Shown in pieces: positions 50,301 through 62,300 of a stretch of DNA of 64,000 nt. Under the pieces are notes generated by a model. That model made no database searches. It was not told the DNA's origin and saw only the letters and a program-made list of their open reading frames with translations. The position numbers and the translations under genes are program-made. The stretch lies in NCBI GenBank assembly GCA_977030845.1, contig OZ365112.1, positions 12,834,001 to 12,898,000 on the forward strand, in the 5' to 3' direction. Numbering within the stretch: the first letter of the stretch is position 1; each line of letters opens with the position of its first letter. This stretch comes from Fimbriosthenelais zetlandica. Its lineage: Eukaryota.

Positions 50301-53300
50301 TGCAGGCGCAAACGTTATACAATTGATGTGCAACATCTAAATAGCAGCCTCTGAATAAATACAATGTATAGGATTGATTTAAAAACTTTTAAAAGATAAT
50401 GACCGCCAATTAGTGTATATGATGCACTGGATGGCATGAGGTAATTAGTTCAACTATGGCCTTTTATTGTCCTAAAATTTGATTATTATTGTTTGAATGG
50501 CCGACCAGGGACAGCTACAGCCACCTGGTCCTAATGGCCTCAGGGATAACGCTATAGTAACTATACACTGACTTTAATAATGGCGTTTTTCATTACCTCA
50601 AGGCCCTGACAGAGAATAGGGACTGAAGCGTGGCAAAGATGACTTAAGTATATTACAATACGTAATACTGGCCCTATACAATGTGTATTTGTACACTACA
50701 GCAACACTTTGACCAAAATGTGTGGGTGGAGATTTCAACAGCTAATATCTGGGATTAATGGGAATTAGTTAAACAATAAATTAATCCAGCTAAAGTTTAA
50801 TACTGATCGTTACAAACTTGGTCAGCGTGGATAAGAGCTTATGTATTGTAGAGAAGGGGATTCCCCTATGCACCAAACAATGGTAGCACATCATGTTACA
50901 CCATTCAGGTGTTTAATGTTCATAGTGGACTCTGTGCTTTGTAAATGTTTGATTCAAGCAACGTTTCATTCTATACTCGTTGATTCAAGAACAGAACATT
51001 GGTAACTATGTCACTGGTGGAATGTAGCATTATTACAAGGTCATTGTGTCATTTATGATGTTTACCTGAGATGTGTCTGTATTCCCACTGTCCATGCAAC
51101 AGATGCTGCAACATTATTATATATCCAAGTGACAAGTTATAAAGATTGAAATCTCAAAAACATTTATCAAATTGGAACATTGGAACATTGTAACATAACT
51201 GTAACATTGGAACATAACTGTAACAATAAATGGTATGAAAGTGGTTCACTAAGTCCACATTTTACCATAGCCGTTTTCATATCCGTGATATTTGTGGTCA
51301 ACTAGTTCTGAAAAAACAATGTTTCCATATGATTATTTGCTTTTCAACATATCACAGTGATAATGGAAGGAAGAAAGATAGTGAACACTCAATGTGTACA
51401 CGTCATACTGTATTACATTTTATTGTATGCAATATAATATCGGTGGGCAGGTACAAGGGCTCTTGTACCTGTCATTCACATCTTGAGCCCCATTATATCA
51501 TGGTATCACTGGAAATATACGACCTTTCACCAACAGAGTATGGGAAGATACAAACTAAACATTTTTTAATTCAATAAAAACTTGCTAAGTTGTACAACCA
51601 GCACATTTGTGAGACATTTGTAGGTCATGAACAACGACCGTTTGGACTCAATCCAGTGAGAGTGTCAGGTGAAAAAGTGACATCTACACTCACACTGCAG
51701 GTAAAACATGGACAGGAGGAGGTCCAGTTCTCAGCTTAGAGAAGCTTACAAATGAGACTCCAGGGCTTCTGGTCCTCAGCCAAAAGTTAGAAGTCAATCC
51801 TCCAGTCCCTTAGCAGAAATATCACACCAAGTCTCTGGAGTATTACACTGAATGCATTGCCATACATGAATGGCATAGTCAATATTTCTATAAATATGCA
51901 CAATTTAGCATGAGTGGAGGGAACGTTTAGATAAACTTGACCGCTCAGTCCACGGAGACAGACAGTTGCTGAACAGAGCCACAGTTTATTTTGACACATG
52001 TACAAATCTATCCAAGATGTTTAGGGTTGTCATGGTAACCAGATAACAAAACTGGACAAGAGATGGATATACACCCTAACACCCATGAGATTTACCCCTC
52101 AGTAACATCTTCAAACGATCAAAGCTTTTAACTAAGTCAAAATAGATACTAATTCACACAGGCCTAACTTAATAATTGAAGGACATTCAATTGGACATAT
52201 TATTAAAGATAACACACTGTTGCAGAGGGCTTCAATATGTTAGAGGTTAGCTCCCAATCAAAGAAAGATAAGGATGGCAAAATAGCCACATGGGGAATGG
52301 ACCACCCCGGCTGGGGGGTGACCATTCAGATAGCCAGGGGTCAGTTTTCCAATTATGATTCCCTCTGAGTACAGACATTTCAGTGATGAACTACCATCAC
52401 CTGGATATATCTATCAGCTTGGATTTTTCCAAGCAACAAATTGTTTCCTTCGGTCTGACGGATCTTAAAGAAAATTTACTCCAAGGACAGATTATCATCA
52501 TAATATTATTATAATATTTATATGGTCTGTGCAAATCAATCCACGAACCAAGCAACAGAATATTTCCCTCTATCTGATGGGGGATGAACCTAGCAACAAT
52601 AGATGCCACACGTATGAACAGCATGTCCCTCTACCAAACGCACACGCCCCCATCACACACACACACCGTACATAGGTAGACAGCCGTGGGCAGGTAACAA
52701 TAGGATACGCTCCATGGACCATGACCACTTCACACGACACCAATTCTCAGTTCAAATCAAAATATGTAATCTGAGCGGAGGCATTTTGCTGTACTGCATG
52801 TCATATTGTTATTGGCAAAATGGAATTCAATAATTTGTGCAAAACATAAGGGATCTATGCACAGGTGATACCCGATTATCTCCAAACTGTCTCAGAATAT
52901 GCCCTGATACCCTCAACCTATAAGGTTCATGCATTTGCCCCACTGTTCTATGTTTATAAAATAGGTCACAAACTGCACAATAAAAGTAGAAATAACGATT
53001 TTTCCTTTCATTCCTGGGCAGCCTCAAATCAAACTCATCAATATTTCAAAAGCTCTTCGCAGGCACAATGCCTATACTCAGGAATAACGTGTATCTGGGT
53101 AATAGATAAGGCGGCTGGAGTTCAATGCATTTGATGTGATTTAAGGCTTGAATTCCAGACATATTTGTTATTTATTATCACCATTAATTTCACAATTTGC
53201 ATGTTGGTAGAACTAAGATACAGTTCTGTTCTGTTCTGTTGTTCTTATAAAATGCAGCTAAACATAAGCATGCATTATTCAGCGATGACATTCTGGGCCA

Positions 53301-56300
53301 AATCTTCTATAGGAACAGTAGCCTGTGGCTGTGAGTTTCTTTGTAATTTTGAAACCTAAGACCCTATACCAAACAGGGAAGAATGAGGGAAGATGCTTAT
53401 CTTGAGTGACCCTTGTGTCCACTTTGATTTGAGGGTAGATTTGACCTTTGTGTCGTGCCTCTGACACTTATCATAGTGAAGGTCAACAGGGACGACATAT
53501 AGGGTACTCATAGCAACACTCCCTCTCTTTAATTCGCTCTCTTTGAATCTTGGATGAAGAAGCATCTTCACCCTGCCCTGCTTCCATGCCTGGGGTATCC
53601 ATGGTGACCTTCCTAACACAACAGTGGAGTATAGGGTGCGGCTCACCTCTACAACGCCCATGTATGTGGGATGTACCAGCAATGCCATCCCAACTAAATA
53701 TGCTAGAAATTCTCTTTCTAAAATTATTTGAAAACATTTATTTCCAGTATGATTAATATTCAAAAATAAGTATTTTTGTTATGTATAATTTATATCTCTG
53801 ACCAGCAATTCCATATCAACTAAAATGCATCACTTTCTACTCTTACAATAATTATTTGCACTGACAAAACCTGTATCCACTATATTATGATGTAGGGATT
53901 GATGTAGGGACTGATGCTATAGTTTTATGACCATGCTTTATCTGTTCACTGAGTGATGGTTTGATGCGTCTACAGGCTATGTTTGAGTCTGTACTTTAGG
54001 TGAGTCAGGGACAGGTCAGTAGAGCCATATTTTTAACCTGACACCATGTGCTTTGGTTGGATAGAAATGTTGGTCAATATGGGAGGAACGTGCTGAGGAG
54101 GTAAAGCAATGATTTAGTGACATGCAGGAGATGCACCGCATTTAGTAAGTGTAAGACTAGCCTGAGTACTATAGGATACCAGTGAGGGCCCTCAACCAAA
54201 TCTTCTCCCTATTTTTCAAATACAGTGGTTTCTTTGGAGTGCCATATTCCCAGACCTTCCTTTGCACAAAAAGCCAATAAACAAATCCCCAATTTGAAGT
54301 GAACAGGGCAATGCATGTTTGATATGGAGATGAAGGGGTAAGGATGGGAGGACAGTGGTCATCCAGCGGTCACTCTGACAGAGAATACACACACGCCACA
54401 AACCGTGTGACAATAAAAAGACCTGGTGTTGTCACAGCAACAAGAGGGTCATCAAGGACAGGGACGCTACCTGCGATTCACAGGGCACGCGATGAAGATT
54501 CTAAATAGGCCTTCAATGGTGGGATGAGTCTACACACCTATAACAATAGGACGGACACAATGATACTTACAAGCTACAATGTAGCTTTCTATTGGGGACT
54601 ATACATGTTTATCAGGCTGAAGCATGATCTGTTTTTTAAAATTATATTCCTCGGAAGATCTTAGTAGTTTTTAAAAATTCTGCCAAGGGGGACTGAGAGC
54701 ATTGATACGCTTTGTCTAAAAGATCATAGATTTAGTTTGTTCGGTTTGATTTCGCACCAATATAAGGATCTCCCACGTGGAGATGACAGAAATGAATTGA
54801 AAATCTTCACCTCCAATGCCTGGGGATAAGAAACCATAATGATCTTGGCAAATGACTAACTCATAAGGCATTTTCTGATATCAGAACCCACTAGGAAATA
54901 TAGAAAGTGGTTGGAATATCTCAGCTGATGGTCAGGTTTCGTCTCCCGGGTCTATGTATCGCATTAATGGATTAAACAGGAGGGTTTTTACCCCAGGCCT
55001 CGGTCCATTCTCTATACCCGCCTCAGGGCTAAGTGCTCTCTAGGGTGTAGCTTTCCTTGGGATATCCTCATGATATAAATATATCCATCTTATACTTTTT
55101 TAGCTACAAGATTCATAGCATCATCTATAACCTGAGGGTTACATTACACCTTTTTATCAAACTCGGAATTTGATGAAAGCTTTAAATCTTTTTTCCGAGA
55201 AAATGATATCCCTTTAAAGTGGGATATGGTATTTTCCAGTTATGCACAAACCTCCTGAACTGGTCTAGTTAGGAATCTTGTAATAAGAATTGACTTCCAA
55301 GCGTGTGCATATCAAAGAGTTCAAAGTTATAAATGCTTCAAGCAAATACTTCAGTTCATCTCTCATCCTTTGGCAATGTATTAAACATCATAATCAATTT
55401 AATGCTTACGGTAGAGTGGAATCAGTTAATGGTAACTCAGTGAACCTTGGGGACACCCACACACAGAGGAGGAGACGCCTGGGGTGAGGGTCCATACCTG
55501 ACATTGTGCAACCCCAGCAGGACATGAGGCATTTCAAAAGACATCAAAACCAGGCCCACATTTTATAGGCCCTTTGAACACTGCCCCATCCAACCCACAC
55601 ATGCACCCCATTCGGACCCAAGAGACCCACCATGGCCATTTCTCACACGGATTATGTTCTGTTATTATCCGTTCCTATCTGGATATTCCAGAAAATCCAA
55701 AATCAGATGGAAATCCATTTTTATATTCCTCCAAAGGATCCAATTATTTCACAATATTAGTTAGTGAACTTTCTCACAATCGCTGGGAAATCGCATAAAA
55801 GTCTGACCTTTCAACCTGTCACTTGTTCATTGTTCATCTTTTCAATCAGATGAATTCCAGATCATTATAATATATGTATTGTAAATCATTAAAATCCTGT
55901 CCCTACAAGACCTGATGTCAAAAGCCCTGCCCTTTGGTCGAGAAAAGCAAATAAGATTCAATTAACAATTGCCAAGGTCCTGTGAGTTTACCTGATACAA
56001 TGAGGATGATAATTCATAATGCAGATCAGGTAATTTATAACTTACTAGGAGTATTCACAGAAACATATCAACTCACACATTGCCTTGAAGAGCTGCCAAA
56101 ATCATTTTCAGTTTCCAATGGCAAATCTCATTTTTTACCAAATGGTAATTAATAAAATAAAAGAGAAACTTGAGTGTTTCTATTAGATTAAACTTATAAA
56201 AAGTTCGGGGGCGCCTAAGGGCTTAAAAATTGACTGCTTAAGTGATGTTATTGAAACATCGGTGTGCATCTGGAGCAGGCCATCACTAATGATGAAGGAG

Positions 56301-59300
56301 GGCGGGTGTGGGGGATGTGCACCTCGTGTGGCCCCATCCTGAGCGTCACCTGGCCACGAGAGGTGTGACAATTTGTCAGTCACACTCACACATGCTCCTA
56401 GCTGACACTCTGCCCCACACATTATAGTTATACCCCCAACCCCAAAACCCCTAAAGGGTTCAAGTGTCATTTTACAAGCACCATTATATGGCTTGATTAT
56501 TATAAATGTTTGGCTTGCTCACAAAATTTGATGTGACGGCAATGAGATGGGTTACCTGATAGTGTAGAAATATGAGATGGAGAAGACCAATTTTACCTTG
56601 TAATAAGGTCGACACTATTCATAGTAATCTATGAAATGAAGAGTCACAAGTTATGCTATGCACTCAAGCATGTCATTAATAAGAAGTAAATAATATTAAA
56701 TGCCATATTATTATATCAATATTTGAGGTATTATGGAAGGAACTGGCACGCTCTGGACAAGTGAGGGTCATTTCTGAGGCCCATGGTGATATATGGGCGA
56801 ACATGTCTCAGCATAACATGTATAAGTATAGGTTCAACATGCCCCCAGGGAAATGTATCAATAATTAAGTCAAATTATCTACAACTTAATGATTAAATTG
56901 ATAATAAAACATCTTAATGGGTTGAATTCAACTCACAATGAATCTCAACATTACTTGATATGAATATAAAAGTTTTGAATTACAAATATGACAATGCGGA
57001 TATATGGTTCTGGTGGATTCAGAGTTAATTCATTGGTTATTCTAATCAGGGGTGTATTGTATACGCTATGGGCCAGATAGAAATATCTACACACGAGAAT
57101 TGATACAACTCCCAACAGTCAGGTCCATGTAATTAGCCTATGCTCAACACGGGCGGGTTATGACCAGGGCATAAGATCGTAATAACAATAGGCCAGCTGC
57201 GTACTAATGTAATAATATATACACTATCTATCAGAGAGTGCAGTGGAATAAACTATCATTAAGTACCAAACAAGGCACCATCATAAACTAGTACTGAATG
57301 ATACGTTATCTATTTCATTATCTATAGATCGATCAATTCAGGCAAAATTATCAAGAAACAAGCTCAGCAGATCCAAAGTTTTGTGTGCAAATCAGAGCTA
57401 AGACCTAGTATCGGATGAACTTCCCGTTTGTAGGATCAAAGTTCACAAGTAGAAGAACCAAACACTCTCATAGACTTACAAACACTGAGTCACAATAAAG
57501 CTTTTCTCCACCCTGGCTCCAAGAAAAGGGGCAAGAGGACCATTAAGCCGCCTATAAATTTAATATACACACACAGGCAGATTACTCATGTTGAGTATAG
57601 GAGCTTTGCTCGGATTACAAAGCAGTGTTCGAAATAAGAGGTTGCCCGGGGGATTTGGCAACCAAAAATCGCCACGGGCAACCTATAGTCGCTCAGAGGT
57701 TGCCCGGCCGGGCAACCTAGATTTATAGCTTGTTTTTGTAGCTATAAATGAGCTAGGCAGATAGGCTAGCATGGCGCCATCATAGGTGAACTGAAATAAA
57801 AGTCCTGGGAAGAGTTCTAGGCCTATAGGCCTGGGCTTATCGGGGATCATGTGGGGATCGAGGTAGCAAGGATAGTAGACAATCACAATAATTATTAGTC
57901 ATAGAAGTATATGCATGACGATCCTTGAAGATCGTTAGAATACTGGTACGGGGGGTGGGAGCCTCGCGTTTTTGCTTGGAAAATATTATTTATAAAATTT
58001 CAGAACAGAAATAGAATAGCGCTAGGCCTACCAGTAGGCCCCTACCGGTAGGCTATTTTATTTATTTCATGTCAAGACAGGCGAAAAATATTTATTTCAT
58101 GTTTTCCTATCTGCATACTTCAGCCTAAAATGAGGATAAATTAAATTTCTCCTCATATATTGGATGATGCAATCTTGAGCTGGTACTTGTTTTTTTTCTT
58201 TTCTTGCATTTTTTTTGGTTTCTTTCTTGATTTTTGTAGGCCTTTGGCACGTTCTTTCCGTCATTTTTTCTTTCTATATTTCTTTTCCTTATTTATTTAT
58301 TTTCACGTGAAACCCTCGTTATAAAAGATGGCTGAACATGAACATATTATTGCTGATTATTTTGTCCATGTATGAAAAATGTGGAAATTCCCAGGGCAAC
58401 TAGAAATTCTGCCGGGCAACCTGATTTCTTCAGTAGGTTGCCCGAATGGGCAACCTACTTTTTTCCCTTATTTCGGACACTGCAAAGGGTCATTTAACTG
58501 CAGGGGAAACGAGCAACACTCGGTGGGAAATGATCGTAAACTTTTGAAATTCAAATTCACACATCATTAAGGGTAGAGGGATGGCCCTTAAAACTCATCA
58601 AGGGCAGGGGTATATTTTAAGAGGGTAATTTAGGTCTAGACTGAAGACAATACCCCGGTCTTTCCTAATATGAATTGGTCGTGGGAATCAGAATACGCAC
58701 GTCAGATTTGAGTCACTTGCAATGTGCATAAAACATTGGAGTTTGTTTACTTAACGCCATATGATGTTACATTAGCTGTGTGGTGAACAGGGGGCTAATC
58801 TTCTCAGTTGCTCATTATACAGAGGGGAATGAGTGCCAGGAATACAAGGTGAGGATTACATCTTTGTGCCCCGCTAGGACAATGAGCTGACTTAATCCAC
58901 TGAGTGTTATTAAGGCATCATGAATCATGGAACCATCCTGATCTGACTGTCAATTGTGACGGGGTTGTAAGAAAGGATGCAGAACTCAGGATGGATGGAT
59001 GTCTCATCACCATAATCAGGTTCTTCCACAAATCTATGACGCGAAATAGTATTGCAATAGGAAGTAATATGGATTCTTTGGTACGCACTCAGGGCCTGTT
59101 CCATAATAAATTCCTTCAGAGTCTCAAAATGATGGCAAGAATTAAACTTGCACAAATTACTAATTACATGTAATGTTAGTTGATATTTAGCGATCAGTAT
59201 TTTAAAAAAGTAGGCTTTTAGGAGTCTGAGATACATGCATCAACCTTAGAGTAAAATGAGCATCAACTAAATTAAATAGAGAAAATAGTGCTAGAATTGA

Positions 59301-62300
59301 CCTTAATAATATTATGATATGATGCCACTTTCACCAAATGCGGTTCAAAGACCACAGATGAATGCAGAGCAAAAGCAGAGGGTAAGAGTTTGTGGGTAGA
59401 AAGCACAGGAGGAGGGGGGGGGGGGAGGTGAGAGGGTGGGGGGATGTACCTGCCCTCTCTACTCCCCCTGGTAAGCCAGTGACTTACAAACAAACATAAT
59501 GGACCCTCAGCAAGGACAAGCTTGTCATTGGATCCAGGTCAAATAAACCCCTCTCTCCCAGTCTGGTGTAAGCTTCCACAGGGTTAGAAGAAGCCAGCGG
59601 CCGTCAGCCCCACCAAGCCTAGATGAAGGATGTATCTCAGAGCTGGATTACATTATACTTCCCCAGAAACTGATTCTGTATCTCTCTCACAGGAACGCTG
59701 GCTTAGAGTTCCAAGAATCTCGCCCATGCATAGGGGAAAGAAAAAGATAGATAGTATTGATATTCCCAAATATCTCTTTTTACATGCTGCGAAACATGAA
59801 AGATATTATCCTATAAAAATAAGTGAAAGTATATGGACTCTATATATCTCAGTTGCTCATTGTTTTGTCATTTCCATTGTTTATTATATGATAAAACGCC
59901 CTGTAATCATGTTCCCTGTGAACATAATGGCACCAATAGTTTTTCTAGACAATGTCTCAGTAGTTGAAACAATGCGTAAAGTCCCTTTGTCTGAATTAAG
60001 TACAGAGATAATTGGTTAGATATAAAGTATCTTTTGCCTGACTATGATGGTTTTTTTTAGCCCAGGGTATTATCCTAGCTGAGCTAGCTATAAATGACAC
60101 AGGGTCATGTCATGTCTCGACTGTAACCTTATCATTTATTACGCCCGCCATGATTCTCTAATATCGTTGTGTCTAATCTTTCAATTATTTGAACCAGACA
60201 CAGTCATGCAAATTCATCAGCCCGGGGCAAATACCCCCATTGGAGGTGACAGGGGGATTCTGCAAAAAAGGAGGAAATGAAAAAAAAAAAACCAGGGTCC
60301 TAAATAAACAGGGCGGTAAGCCATCATAACAGCTTCATTATCAACCATCACCCTGAGGTCACCCTGGCAAAAAAAAAATTATTTCTTTGTGGTTATTGCT
60401 GGCAGCGCTCAGCGGCATAAAAAAAAATCACTGGAATACCAGCGCGGAAACTTAGTTTTGTAGTCAGCTCCTCGGAGCAGCGAGAATCATAGGAATGTAA
60501 AATTTATTATTCAACAAAGGCCAGTAAAATGAATTATAAATCACTGCGGAAATTCAGACAGAATGTATCCGTTTTGTGGCTTATTTTCTCTCTCCTTTAA
60601 TTAAATTTGAACATGGAAGAGATGAATGCATATCTAATGCGTCTACCACTGTGGTATTGTTCCTCTCAAGGGAGGAGGCTGAGGGACGACAGTTGACATT
60701 GACATGGCAGATGGGACAGAAACAATAGGGAATAACTTGATAAATTGGGTGTATCAACCGTCCAGCCTGCGGCTAAAGACCCCTTCTCCTCATGCCAACC
60801 TGCTGGATGCTAGAAACCCCACTACTTCAGTGTGCCCCCCGCAAAGATCAAAGGTAACTGTGATTAAGATGCATTAACAAGGAATAACACTGTCCATAGT
60901 GCCATCATGTAAGGCTCTTCAGAACAGGGCCAATTATGGCTATGATTAATGCAATAAAGATTTTTTGGTAGGGTCCATCCGTACTGTAATCTAATGAAAG
61001 AACAATCAATTAAGGAAGCAAGGGAGGGGGGGGGGGCACCAATGGTTCCCAATAGTGTGAATCAATGAAGATGTCAATAGCAAAGTATGCATTAAAGGGA
61101 AGGTGTTATCTCATTCAATACTAAAGTTGCACTGAATCAAAATGGCTTTTTGCATTTACTCAACAAAGCAACCTATGCTTAGCTCGCAACATTTAAGTTC
61201 TCTTTTGATGTCATCAAAAGAAAAAAGAACTCATTGATATTAATGTCTAGCTTTGTGAAGAAACAATCAGCTTTACAACAATCAACACCTGTTTAACTAG
61301 CCAGTGATTCTAAATACACACTACTCTAAAGCTAAGATTCACATGTATAGTCTGGGCATCCCATGGAAGCATTTTGGCCCTAATTCCTCTGGCAACCTTT
61401 ACATCCACTTCAAGATGTAACTTGGCAAAGCTTGGCTCTTTCAAATCTTATTATAATTAGTGGGATTTCCTCAACCTTGAGGTGACAATATGGGTCACCA
61501 TAGGAGCTTGGATTCGTGACTGAGTCAGTTTAGGTTCATTCAGGCAGGGGTAATGATAGTCATTTCTATGGGGGCAAAAATAGAGCAACCTTTCTATTTG
61601 TAAAATTATTACATGGTACTCTTACTCTATAGAGGGTTACAATGCTAGCTTTAAAATGGAGCTAGCAATCAATACACAAGCAAATAGAGAGGCAACCGTA
61701 ATATTGATGGATCTATGTTCAAATCAATACCACAGACCTTAATATTCGATTTCACACTGCTAGACCCACCCCACCAATTAAATACCTGGTACCTATTTTG
61801 AGTGTTACCCTATTGATTTGTTTGTCTAGGCTACTAATGTAAAACGACAATTAAAAAAGAAAATCTTAAGGTAGACATGTATTATTCTTCAATATTACTG
61901 TTATGATCAGTTCTCATAGTTTTAGTTTACATTTGATTTCTCCAAGGAAATACATGTCTGGCATCTTTTTATATAGCCATTCCCAACACAGACCAGTACC
62001 CAATACACATCTTGATTCTTGTAACTTGTTTAAATACACGTCACATGATCCAATACACAAAAAGCTAAATTGTGATCAATATTATTCTACCATTTAATGA
62101 GGGAGAGTTGGTGGAACATTTGCACAATACATACAGAAAACTGCTTCAACAGGATAAAGAATATTTAAGATAGAATCTCAGCATAATATAAAGAGGCTTA
62201 AAAGTTTAAATGGCAACCAAAACCAAACATAACACAATGATTAACCTACCTTGTAATTGGGCGGCTGATAAGGTTAGTAATCCACAGAGGAAGAGTAGAG

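Noticed and set aside
50538-50565. CAGGGATAAC resembling mitochondrial 16S rRNA or a homing-endonuclease site
   Set aside because: The match is only about 10 nt and the flanks show no rRNA similarity.
52821-53157. 10-bp inverted repeat TGGAATTCAA...TTGAATTCCA, as possible MITE ends
   Set aside because: Too short, with no target-site duplication and no subterminal structure.
59630-60019. 129-aa plus-strand ORF, and similar 100-135 aa ORFs at 27193, 33490, 35329 and 53356
   Set aside because: No homology or domain signal; the composition looks intronic or low-complexity.
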